This document shows, one piece after another, positions 31,398 to 40,328 of a DNA stretch of 64,000 nt; within the stretch, counting starts at the first letter, position 1, and each line of letters opens with the position of its first letter. The notes under the pieces are model-generated. The model was not told the origin of the DNA and searched no databases. It was given only the letters and a program-made list of their open reading frames with translations. A program made the position numbers and the translations under genes. The stretch comes from Chloroflexota bacterium (GTDB lineage: Bacteria; Chloroflexota; UBA11872): assembly GCA_022820025.1 (NCBI GenBank), contig JAJEGF010000025.1, positions 145,522 to 209,521 on the forward strand, given 5' to 3'.

Positions 31398-31426
31398 CTG
31401 ACAAAAAACGAACGCACTGCTAGGAT
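31398..31426 (+). promoter_or_regulatory. Sigma70-type promoter
   Basis: CTGACA (-35), 17-nt spacer, TG-c-TAGGAT (extended -10). Confidence 0.65.
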
Positions 31427-31431
31427 GACGT

Positions 31432-31641
31432 ATGAATACCGAACGAACGTTTACCGTACGGGTGACGGGATACGCGGGGAGGCCGTCGTCGCCGGTGGCG
31501 ACGGCGGCGCGTCCGACGCCACGCTGGCGCGGTGAAGGGCGGGTTCGGGCGATGCAGGCGTGCCCGGATTGCGGGGTTCCGCTGCGGCCGCTGGGCCGCT
31601 GCCTGAGCTGTCCGGCGTGCGGCTGGGGGGCGTGCGGCTAG
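31432..31641 (+). CDS. Small Zn-ribbon protein (69 aa leaderless, or 29 aa from ATG 31552)
   Basis: CPDCG...GRCLSCPACGWGACG ends the ORF; ATG lies at the predicted transcription start. Confidence 0.55.
   Translation: MNTERTFTVRVTGYAGRPSSPVATAARPTPRWRGEGRVRAMQACPDCGVPLRPLGRCLSCPACGWGACG
31440..31453. promoter_or_regulatory. Gram-positive/Chloroflexi-type LexA (SOS) box
   Basis: CGAAC-GAAC-GTTTA vs consensus CGAAC-RNRY-GTTYC; just downstream of the promoter, next to polX. Confidence 0.6.
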
Positions 31642-32522
31642 AAAGGCCGGTACCAGCGACGCGGTTTGTTGGACTGTCGGCGGACGGGTTTGGGGCCGAG
31701 GCGCCGGCGGACGAGGCAGAGGTCATCGCGCAGCAGTTCGTGTGGGGCGGGCGACGCGTCGGGGTCGTGACGCCAGACGTCGCCGACGTGGTAGGGGCTT
31801 TCGAGGATTGCGAAAACGTCGAGTTGGCGTTTGGTTATTTCGTCGAGCAGGTTGGGCCAGTCGGCTACGCCGTCGGTGAGGGCGGCGGGTGTGCACGACC
31901 AGCCGTCGGGCCCGGGTAGGACGGCGGTGTTGGAGATGCCGAGGGCCTGGACGTGGTCGTCGAGCGCGTCGAGGTCCAGGCGCCAGGATTCGGGATCGAT
32001 GGGGCCAAGCCAGCCGGGGGCGAGGCAGATGCCAACGTAGCCGGGGAGGCGGCCGTGCAGCAGGGCGGCGGCGTGGCCGGATTGTTCCTGGAGGGTGCCC
32101 GGAATCTGACGCACGAGGGCGCGCAGGTCGTGGCGCCGGCATAGGGTTTCCAGCCCGCGCAGGCCGGCGCGGGCGGCCTGGAGGGAGTCGAGGTAGGCCG
32201 CGCCGTCGAGCCGGGCCCAGGCACCGTATCGAATGTAGGGGACGCGGGCTTCCTGGCAGCCGCGATGGATGTCTTCGGCGTGGTCGTCGAAGGGCGAGGT
32301 CAGGTCCGTGGTGACCATAACGACCTTCGCGCCGGCGTCGGCGCAGTCGACGGTGACTTCGATGAGGTCGATGGCCTGGGACGGGTCGACCTGCCCGTCG
32401 GGAGCGATGACGAGGTCGATGGCGTCCAGACCCAGGGCGCACGCCTGGGCGACGAGATCGGCGGGTGAGTGCCCCGGAAAGGCGGTGCCGGAGAGTACGT
32501 AGCGGGGGAACTTAAGGGCCAC
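31638..32522 (-). CDS. Divergent xylose-isomerase-like TIM-barrel protein
   Basis: LDAIDLVI, VPYIRYG, GVADWP, ILESPY; some metal ligands appear missing. Confidence 0.65.
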   Translation of the reverse strand: MALKFPRYVLSGTAFPGHSPADLVAQACALGLDAIDLVIAPDGQVDPSQAIDLIEVTVDCADAGAKVVMVTTDLTSPFDDHAEDIHRGCQEARVPYIRYGAWARLDGAAYLDSLQAARAGLRGLETLCRRHDLRALVRQIPGTLQEQSGHAAALLHGRLPGYVGICLAPGWLGPIDPESWRLDLDALDDHVQALGISNTAVLPGPDGWSCTPAALTDGVADWPNLLDEITKRQLDVFAILESPYHVGDVWRHDPDASPAPHELLRDDLCLVRRRLGPKPVRRQSNKPRRWYRPF

Positions 32523-32554
32523 CTGGCGAACGCTGTGTGGGCTGGGACTTGAGC

Positions 32555-35335
32555 CTACCGCCAGTCCGGCAGCGGACGGATGGGCATGTCGAAGACGTAG
32601 GCCTGGCGGAAGGGTTGGGCGGAGCTGAGCGCGCCGTCCTGCAGGCGGTAGTCCATCAGCAGGATCGAGAGGTCGTGGATCAGTCCGCGGGACAGCAGGA
32701 GACGCAAGCGGTAGTCGCCGGAGAGTTGAGTGTCGCGGGCTACCCGCGGCGGGCGGGGCTGGCCGTCAACTGATTCCGTAAGGGTTCGGGTTGCCGGGTC
32801 GTAGCGAACGTCGATCCGCTGCGCGGGCGCGGTGATATGGGCGGCGCTTGGCCAGAAGCCGTGCGAGGGGGGCGCATCGTGGCGCGGGCCTTCGGCGTAG
32901 GCCATGCCGACGCTGCCGCCGGTGCCGGTGGGGTTGGCGGTGATGATGGCGCCGGTGATCGCTCCATCGCGGGCGCTGACATCAACCGAGATGACGTGAC
33001 GCGGGATGTGGGTGGCGGTGGCCGTTTGCACAGCGCTGGCGGGTGTCAGGCGCGCGGCGACGATCTGGGGGGGGATGGCGTTTTCGCCGGAGCTAACCTG
33101 GAGCACTGCCCCGAGCGTGGGCGGGACGGTGATCCACGTGAGGCCGGGATTGACGGGGATTTCGGCCGGGCCCGCCTGGATGACGCCGCGAACCGGGGCG
33201 ACGACGCCGAAGAGTATGGGCTGGTCGGCCGGTTGCAGATTGGACCCGGCGGCCAGCCGCCCGTCACGAAGTCCGAGCTGCAGGCTGCCGTTGGCCGGGA
33301 TGTCGAGGGCGCCGAGGGCATGACCCAGGTCGTTGGCGGTGAGTCGCTGTCCGGGCGCGTCGCGGTAGATCGTCCAGTAGGGGGTGGTGTAGATCGCGTC
33401 GGACTGAAGCAGGGCGTAGGTCCGAGGGTCGTCGGCGGTGTTGAGGACGAAGTAGTCGTAGGCCGGGTCGGCCAGGTCTTCGTAGGGATAGGCGGGGGTT
33501 CTGGCGAGCCCGCCCAGCTGGCGCCCGACCAACGGCCCGGCCCACACGCCGGCGGCGCGCCGGGCCCAGGATTCGGATTGATGCCGCGGATAGTGGAAGG
33601 CCAGCACGTGGTCGCCGATGCGGCGCCGGGCCTCGGGCACGGGGTAGGTGAGCGTGGGCGCGAAGAAGACGCGGCTGCCGTGCGGCACGCGGTCTGCGAC
33701 GGCGCGGGCGTCGTGGGCGATGCGGCGCTCGGCGTTCCAGCCGACGCCCTGCCAGTTCCACCAGACGCTGAGGTAGGTGTTGTAGATGAAGGCGAGGGCG
33801 AGGACGGCCAGGATGGTGACGGCAACGCGGCTGAGGGTGGGCTCGAAGGGTGCGAGGCGGGCCTCCAGGCGGCGAGTGGAGGCCTCGCTCCAGAGCTTGA
33901 ACTCGCCGTGGTAGATGTTGGCAATTCCGGAAGCCAGGAGGACCGCGACCAGAAATGCGACGTAGGAGAGGTTCTTGAGGTGGCCGTAGTGGTAGCCCGC
34001 GCCGACCGCGACCCAGAGCATGAATCCGGCGAATCCGGCGGCCAGGGCGAGGGTTACGCGTTGATCGGCGCGGATGGTCAGCGTGCCGAGCAGGGCCAGG
34101 GCCAGCGCAGGCCAGAAGAGGGCGCCGAGGACTGATTGGAGGACGTCCGTGCCGCCGGCGCCGAGGAGCGATTCCAGGGGGCCGTCGCGGGGGATCAGGC
34201 GGTAGGCCTCCAGCCCGAAGGCCAGTTCGACGTTGGCGAACTGGCGGTCGCCCCAGGCGTTGCCGAACTGGCCGTTGAGGTCGCCGGCGATGTCGACAAG
34301 CTGTGGCAGGGCCCAGACGAGGAGCCAGACGATTCCGGGGGCGCCCAGGACGGCCGTTCCCGCGCCCAAGGCCAGGGCGCGACGCAGGGTGGTGCGTCGC
34401 TGGCCGGCGGTGACCACGAGCACGGCGACCAGCGTGACCGCCACGGCCAGGTAGACGGCGGAGATGGCCCAGAAATAGGACACCAGAAGGGCGGCGCTGA
34501 TGAGCGCCGCCAAGGCCAGCGCGCGCGCGCCGCCGCGCCGAAGAGCCACGATGCCCGTGGCGGCCGCCAGCGGGAAAAGGGCAAAGGCGACGGTGTGGGG
34601 TCCGAAGCCCATGCCGGCGAACCAGAGGGGCAGGCCGTGGAGCGCGTAGAGCGTGGCGGCCAGACCGGATGGGCGTTCGGACATCCGGAGCCCGGTGCGG
34701 GCAAAGATGTAAACGGCGGGCACGCTGGCGGCGAGCAGCAGGTACAGGAGCGGGACGTAGGCGTGGAAGGCGGGGGCGTTGGAGAGGATGGAGCCGATGG
34801 ACAGCAGGTACGGAAAGCCCCAGCCGCGGGAGTGGTTGCGAAGGCTCTGGAACTCTTCCTGGAACGGTCCTTCGCTCAGCCCCTGCATGAAGACGGTGTT
34901 CCACTTGAGGGCCTCGGCCAGGGGGACGTAGAGGTCTTCGTCGATGTTGAGGCCCAGCATCGCGCCGGAGCGACCATGCAGGTGCGGCAGAAAGGCCGTG
35001 GCCAGGAGCAGGGCGCCGGCGACCAGGACGACGGCCTGGGGCTTGGTCGGCCGCGGCAGCCACCAGCCGTCGCGTCGTACTGTCCAGGCGGCCAGCGCGG
35101 CGCCCGCCAACAGGAGCAGGGCGGTGGCAGTCCGCAGATCAAGAAAGAGATTGAGCGCACAGGTCCCAACGATCAGCGCGGCGGCCCCAACCAGCGGCAC
35201 CGGTAGCAGTCCCGTCACTCGCAGTTCGGGCGGTCGGAGCAGACGGGTCAGGCCATAGCCCGCGACTATGCAGGCAGCCGACAAAGTCACAACCACAGCC
35301 GCCGCTTCAAGGCCGACGGCCAGCATCTCAGGCAT
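32555..35335 (-). CDS. Large polytopic membrane protein, probable GT-C fold glycosyltransferase with C-terminal extracytoplasmic domain
   Basis: More than 10 TM; acidic NIDEDLY loop after the first TM bundle; soluble C-terminus. Confidence 0.6.
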   Translation of the reverse strand: MPEMLAVGLEAAAVVVTLSAACIVAGYGLTRLLRPPELRVTGLLPVPLVGAAALIVGTCALNLFLDLRTATALLLLAGAALAAWTVRRDGWWLPRPTKPQAVVLVAGALLLATAFLPHLHGRSGAMLGLNIDEDLYVPLAEALKWNTVFMQGLSEGPFQEEFQSLRNHSRGWGFPYLLSIGSILSNAPAFHAYVPLLYLLLAASVPAVYIFARTGLRMSERPSGLAATLYALHGLPLWFAGMGFGPHTVAFALFPLAAATGIVALRRGGARALALAALISAALLVSYFWAISAVYLAVAVTLVAVLVVTAGQRRTTLRRALALGAGTAVLGAPGIVWLLVWALPQLVDIAGDLNGQFGNAWGDRQFANVELAFGLEAYRLIPRDGPLESLLGAGGTDVLQSVLGALFWPALALALLGTLTIRADQRVTLALAAGFAGFMLWVAVGAGYHYGHLKNLSYVAFLVAVLLASGIANIYHGEFKLWSEASTRRLEARLAPFEPTLSRVAVTILAVLALAFIYNTYLSVWWNWQGVGWNAERRIAHDARAVADRVPHGSRVFFAPTLTYPVPEARRRIGDHVLAFHYPRHQSESWARRAAGVWAGPLVGRQLGGLARTPAYPYEDLADPAYDYFVLNTADDPRTYALLQSDAIYTTPYWTIYRDAPGQRLTANDLGHALGALDIPANGSLQLGLRDGRLAAGSNLQPADQPILFGVVAPVRGVIQAGPAEIPVNPGLTWITVPPTLGAVLQVSSGENAIPPQIVAARLTPASAVQTATATHIPRHVISVDVSARDGAITGAIITANPTGTGGSVGMAYAEGPRHDAPPSHGFWPSAAHITAPAQRIDVRYDPATRTLTESVDGQPRPPRVARDTQLSGDYRLRLLLSRGLIHDLSILLMDYRLQDGALSSAQPFRQAYVFDMPIRPLPDWR

Positions 35336-35373
35336 GGCGTACTACCCGCGGCGGCCTCAGATGCTCCGAGCGC

Positions 35374-36312
35374 CTAGTGCTTTGAATCGGCCGATGCCCG
35401 GAGGAGGCCCGTGCCTCCGGCCACCCCAAAGACGTGGCCGAGGCCAACGGCCGCGCCGATCGCGGCAGCCAGGCCCGTGAAGACCAAGACGACCGCGATA
35501 AAGTCGCCGGCGGAAACAGCAAACGAGCCTTGGACCAGCGGGGCATAGAATCTCAACAGGATCAGTTCAGTCGCACCAGCAAGCTGGGATGCCGAAACCG
35601 CCGCCAGCGCAAGCGCGACCCCTCCCATCCCGACGCCGGTCACCATGCCCGCCACGACCAGCACGCCGGCCATCGAGGTTGCGGTCCAGGCTGGACGATC
35701 CCGGAAGCGAGCCAAGACCTCGTTGTAGGCGGCGCCGGATGTTCGACCGGCCACGATGACCTGAGGAATAACCGTCCAGAGAAAGATATTTGCGCCTGCC
35801 AACACGATCGCATCGACGAGAAAGAAGACGATGAACACCGCGGCAATCAGAGCTACGGGTCGCTCGGTTGTTATGACGATGTCTGGCGGTCGCGTGAACC
35901 CGAAGGCGGCCGTCTGCGCGACGGCCAGGGCGCCGACGACCAGCAGAATCGGCAGCGCGGCCAGCGCCAGTGCCGGTATCTGACGCCATGCGTCCCGCAG
36001 CGCGCGCCGCGCCGAGGTGTCGCGCTCATCGGTGGCGCGGTCGGCAATCAGCGCCGAGGCACCGAGAGCGCACGACCACAGGACGAGAATGAGAAGCGCT
36101 GCCAGCGGGATTGCGGCAAGCGCGGCAGGGGACCGGATGAAAGCAAGCCCCGCCGCCAAACCTCCCAGTGCGCCCGCGGTGGCGCCCAGGCCCAGCCCAA
36201 TCGCCATCGCCCCCGGCTGCGCCACCGTGGATACAGCCGCACCAAGCGGCTCCAGGAGGTGCAGTGGGTCGTTCAGCCTGTGGGCCGGCGGCAGCGGGTC
36301 GGGTCGAGACAT
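35374..36312 (-). CDS. Hypothetical polytopic membrane protein
   Basis: 312-aa ORF, several hydrophobic segments, host-like codon use. Confidence 0.65.
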   Translation of the reverse strand: MSRPDPLPPAHRLNDPLHLLEPLGAAVSTVAQPGAMAIGLGLGATAGALGGLAAGLAFIRSPAALAAIPLAALLILVLWSCALGASALIADRATDERDTSARRALRDAWRQIPALALAALPILLVVGALAVAQTAAFGFTRPPDIVITTERPVALIAAVFIVFFLVDAIVLAGANIFLWTVIPQVIVAGRTSGAAYNEVLARFRDRPAWTATSMAGVLVVAGMVTGVGMGGVALALAAVSASQLAGATELILLRFYAPLVQGSFAVSAGDFIAVVLVFTGLAAAIGAAVGLGHVFGVAGGTGLLRASADSKH

Positions 36313-36385
36313 TACTGAGTTACCGGCAGTATATCGGCGGCGGGTAGGGATACATTAGCGTCGAATTGACAATAGCCGAGATGCA

Positions 36386-37348
36386 ATGGCCGTGACGGAT
36401 GCGGCGTCCAGTGGCGCCCGAGCCGCCGTGATCGGCGCGGGGCGCATGGGGCATGGCATTGCCCTGGAAGCCGTGCGCGGCGGCTTTCAGGTGGCGATCT
36501 ACGACACGCAAGCGGGTCGGGCGGAGGCCGCCGTTGCGGAAGCCAAGGCGGACGCGAACGATCTGGTGGCGGCGGGCGTCATCCAGGCGTCCGACATTCC
36601 GACGATCATTGGACGGCTCACCCCAGCGATCGACCTGGAGAGCGCGGCGGCGGATACGGCGGTCGTCTTCGAAGCCGTGGCGGAGGACCTTGACGTCAAG
36701 CGCCGCGTGTTTGCTCGACTCGACCGCGCGGCTCCGCCCACGGCGCTGCTGCTTTCGAATACCTCCAGCTTGGCCATAAGCGACATCGCCGCGGCCTGCG
36801 AGCGGCCCGAGCGGGTGGCACTGGCGCATTGGATTCTGCCGCCGCACCTGATTCCTGCGGTGGAGGTGGCGCCGGGGCCGCAAACCAGCGAAGCCACCAT
36901 TAAGGCCGTGCGAGGTCTGCTGGCGCGGCTGGGAAAGTGGCCGGTGGTGCTGGAACGCGAGATGCCCGGCTATCTGATCAACCGCTTGCAGTTCGCGCTG
37001 TTGCGCGAGGCGATGGACCTGGTGGGGCAGGGGGTGGCTTCGGCCGAGGAAATCGACCGCGCGGTGCGCGGATCGATCGCGCGCCGGATGCCCGTGACCG
37101 GCCTTTTCGGCCAGGCCGACCTCGCGGGGCTGGACGTGTACCGGCAAATCTTCAGGTACCTGGCGGCTGACCTGAGCAGGTCCACCGGACCTCCGCAAGC
37201 CCTGGATGATGCAGTACGAGCGGGCAACACTGGCGCCGCCGTCGGGCAAGGGTTCTACTCGTGGACCGAGGAGCGGCGCGACGAGGCGCTGCGGCGTCGC
37301 AATGCGGAGTTGATCCGGCTACTTCGAACTGATACCGGTGAGCGATAG
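36386..37348 (+). CDS. 3-hydroxyacyl-CoA dehydrogenase family protein
   Basis: IGAGRMGHGIA, EAVAEDLDVK, SNTSS, HWILPP, GYLINRLQ. Confidence 0.92.
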   Translation: MAVTDAASSGARAAVIGAGRMGHGIALEAVRGGFQVAIYDTQAGRAEAAVAEAKADANDLVAAGVIQASDIPTIIGRLTPAIDLESAAADTAVVFEAVAEDLDVKRRVFARLDRAAPPTALLLSNTSSLAISDIAAACERPERVALAHWILPPHLIPAVEVAPGPQTSEATIKAVRGLLARLGKWPVVLEREMPGYLINRLQFALLREAMDLVGQGVASAEEIDRAVRGSIARRMPVTGLFGQADLAGLDVYRQIFRYLAADLSRSTGPPQALDDAVRAGNTGAAVGQGFYSWTEERRDEALRRRNAELIRLLRTDTGER

Positions 37349-37417
37349 GCGCAGCCCTGCGCGCACCAATCGTGGCTGACCAGCATAAGTTGGCTTCCGG
37401 CGAGCGCGACGCGCTGA

Positions 37418-37612
37418 CTAGGCGCCTCGTCGGCGGTCCAGACGATCGTTGCGCGCGCTGGCGTTCCAGTCAGCCTTCCAATTCGCCTGCCGGTCTGTGC
37501 GCGCATCGTCCAAAGGCCGGCGCTTTTCACCTTTCCAGTTTCTGCCCTCCCGCACGAAGGCCCAGGTGCTCGCCACGAAGTCCGCCAGTCCTTCCATCAC
37601 CTCTGACAACAT
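37418..37612 (-). CDS. Small hypothetical protein
   Basis: ATG with GGGAG upstream; fills an intergenic gap; 64 aa. Confidence 0.4.
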   Translation of the reverse strand: MLSEVMEGLADFVASTWAFVREGRNWKGEKRRPLDDARTDRQANWKADWNASARNDRLDRRRGA

Positions 37613-37678
37613 ATCCCGCTCCCTGAGCCTCGATAGTCGATTCTGTCACGCGCATGGCCATTTATTCTGGACGGGCGG

Positions 37679-39046
37679 TCACTTCGGGCGGACCGGGGTG
37701 TCTGACGCGGACTTGCCGGCGACCGGTCGGGTGGCCGGGTCCATGCCGAAGAAGCGACGGCCGACCAGGTAGGCGGCCCCGGCTTCGGTGCCCATGGCGG
37801 CGATGCGGGCCACGGCGCCCACGCCGGCGCCGGTCCAGCCCGCCAGCGGCGTGATCAGGAACAGGAACGAGGCCATCATCAACAGCCGCGAAAAGGCGGT
37901 GAAGGCGACGCGTCGCGTCCTGCGCTGGTTCATCGTCATTGACTGGTAGAACTGGCGCACTGCCATCAACAGCGGGAAGACCGAGAGAATCTTCAGGGCC
38001 GTAATGGCGTCGGGCACCAGGGCCTCCGGGGCGCCCACCAGTTCGGCGATGACGAAGCGGTTCAACGGGGTGAAGGCGATCAGGGCCATGAAGCCGCCCA
38101 TACCCAGCCCCACGCCGTAGACGAAGCGGCGCGCGCGGCGTTGCTGATCGGCGTCGCGCCCGAGCACCAGGACGACCTGCCGCAGGGCCGCCATGGCGGT
38201 GAGCGGCAACATGCCGAGACTAAACGCCACACGGAAGGCCCCAACCGTTGCCTCGGGATTGGGCAGTCGCAGAAGTCCGGCGTTGACCATCGGATGGCCA
38301 ATCGTCAGCGCGAACTGGGTGATGATGAGTGGGATCAGGAAGCCGGTGAGGTAGCGGAAGTCCAGCGGCGCTTCGCCCGCCGGGTCGGGGGCGTAGGGGG
38401 CGGTGCGGTCCACCTGGCGGACGAGCAACACGGCCAGCACGCCTTCGACGACCGCCACGATGACCCACACGACCGCCGCGCTGTAGATGCCGGGGACCGG
38501 GAGCTGGGGGACGACCCCAAGACCGAGCGCCATCAACACCACCTGGCCCACGGCCGGCGCTACCCAGATCAGGTTGGAGCGCCGCCGGTGCGCCAACTGC
38601 GCCAGATTGAACACGCGCAGCAAGTTGAAGAGTGGGATGGCCAGCGAGATGCGCATCATCGTCATCACCTCGGGCAACAAGGCCTCCGGCGTTCCCATCG
38701 CGAAGCGGAAGAAGGCCTCGCCGATTCCGGGCAGGGCGAAGAGCGTGCTGACCCCAGTAATGACGGCCATGTAGAGCAGCATGTAGCGCTGGATGACGGC
38801 GAAGGACTGACGGCCGCGAACTAACACCAGGTACGCGCTCTGAATGGCCGTGCCGGAGGCGCTGAGGATCTGGACGACGCTGGCCACGATGGCGAACGCC
38901 GCCAGCGAAGTTTCCGGGTCGACCGCGCGCGAGATGCCGGCGTCCAGCACCGGATTGCGCAGCGTCTGGAACACCTGCGCGGCGGCCAGCGGGAGGAAGA
39001 ACACCGCCATTGCGCGGTAGGTCGTCGGAGCTGCGGTGCTCGCCAC
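37679..39046 (-). CDS. MOP-superfamily exporter/flippase (MATE/ANKH-like)
   Basis: About 12 TM in two repeats (FFLPLA...DAGISR / FLIPLI...NAGLLR). Confidence 0.7.
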   Translation of the reverse strand: MASTAAPTTYRAMAVFFLPLAAAQVFQTLRNPVLDAGISRAVDPETSLAAFAIVASVVQILSASGTAIQSAYLVLVRGRQSFAVIQRYMLLYMAVITGVSTLFALPGIGEAFFRFAMGTPEALLPEVMTMMRISLAIPLFNLLRVFNLAQLAHRRRSNLIWVAPAVGQVVLMALGLGVVPQLPVPGIYSAAVVWVIVAVVEGVLAVLLVRQVDRTAPYAPDPAGEAPLDFRYLTGFLIPLIITQFALTIGHPMVNAGLLRLPNPEATVGAFRVAFSLGMLPLTAMAALRQVVLVLGRDADQQRRARRFVYGVGLGMGGFMALIAFTPLNRFVIAELVGAPEALVPDAITALKILSVFPLLMAVRQFYQSMTMNQRRTRRVAFTAFSRLLMMASFLFLITPLAGWTGAGVGAVARIAAMGTEAGAAYLVGRRFFGMDPATRPVAGKSASDTPVRPK

Positions 39047-39146
39047 GCACGAATCCCCTGGAAGCGCCGCCCCGACTATGGCGAAGTAGAGGCCAATCGC
39101 TCAAACGGCGGGCCAGCCGCGTCGCTGCCGGTGGTACGGTTCAGGG

Positions 39147-39905
39147 GTGAGCAGTTGGTATCCGGCGGCCGTGTTTTTCGATGCGTACGGCACGCTGATT
39201 CACTTTCCAGCCGACCCCTCGCCGTTCGACTACATGGCTGACGCGGTGCGGCGGGCGGGGGTTGATCTGCCGCGCAAGCGGCTGGATGCGGCGCTGCACG
39301 CCGAGATGCGGTATTTCAAGGCTCACTTCTCGGCGGTTCGGACGGCGGAGGACTTCCAGCGGCTGAAGTTCGACGACGCGCGGGTCTACGTGGAGGAGCT
39401 TGGAGATACGGGGCCGGTGCGCCTGGACGTTGCCGACATGGCCGCCGAACTGCACGAGGCGTTTGCGACGCGGGTACTCCCGGATGCGTGGCCGGCGATT
39501 GACGTGGTCAAGGCGGCGGGCGTGCGGGTTGGTGTGCTCAGCAACTACAGCTACCTGCTGCCGCTGGTGCTGGACGGGTTGGGACTGGCCGAGCGGCTGG
39601 ACCCGATCGTGTTCTCGGCGGCGGTGGGCGCGGAGAAACCGGATCGGCGGATTTTCGAAACCGCGGCCGATTCGGTGGGCGCGGAGCCGGCGGACTGCGT
39701 GCTGATCGGCGACGACCTGGAGAACGACGTGGCCGGCGGGCGCAATTGCGGGATGCCGGTGGTGTGGATCGCCCGTGACGGTGCGACGGCTCCTCCGGGA
39801 GTGGCCGCGGCTCGCGACCTGGCGGAGGCGGCGCGGATGGCGCTGGCGCCCGGCTGGCGGACGCTCTCGCTGACCGAGCCACACGGCGCCGGGGCGCACG
39901 CCTGA
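39147..39905 (+). CDS. HAD-superfamily hydrolase
   Basis: FDAYGTL, LSN, EKPD, IGDDLENDVAG. Confidence 0.9.
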   Translation: MSSWYPAAVFFDAYGTLIHFPADPSPFDYMADAVRRAGVDLPRKRLDAALHAEMRYFKAHFSAVRTAEDFQRLKFDDARVYVEELGDTGPVRLDVADMAAELHEAFATRVLPDAWPAIDVVKAAGVRVGVLSNYSYLLPLVLDGLGLAERLDPIVFSAAVGAEKPDRRIFETAADSVGAEPADCVLIGDDLENDVAGGRNCGMPVVWIARDGATAPPGVAAARDLAEAARMALAPGWRTLSLTEPHGAGAHA

Positions 39906-39908
39906 TAC

Positions 39909-40328
39909 ATGCTCCTTGCCAGGCTTCGCGTCACCACCACGTCGCGGACGTCCGTGCATCCCATCGGTCGGCAGATCCAGGCGGCGATCGAGGGCAAAGT
40001 TGGGCGCGACGGTTTGCTGCTGATCAGCGTTCCGCACACGACGTGCGCGGTGACGATGAACGAGCCTGAGCCAGGACTGCTGGACGACTTTGCGCAGGCG
40101 TTGGAGCGGCTGGTTCCGTGGGACAGTCGGTACGCGCACAACGTCGGGTCCGAGGACAACGCGGCCGGTCACGTGCGGGCCAACCTGATCGGTCACCAGG
40201 TGCTAGTTCCGGTTGCTGACGGACGGTTGCAGGTCGGCGCGTGGCAAGACGTGCTGCTGATCGAGTGCGACGGGCCACGAAGCCGAACGGTCGACGTTCG
40301 GCTACTGGCCGACACCGCCTCCCGCTAG
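39909..40328 (+). CDS. yjbQ: YjbQ/UPF0047 family protein
   Basis: PHTTCAVTMNE, YAHN, NAAGHVRA, GAWQDVLLIECDGPRSR. Confidence 0.9.
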   Translation: MLLARLRVTTTSRTSVHPIGRQIQAAIEGKVGRDGLLLISVPHTTCAVTMNEPEPGLLDDFAQALERLVPWDSRYAHNVGSEDNAAGHVRANLIGHQVLVPVADGRLQVGAWQDVLLIECDGPRSRTVDVRLLADTASR

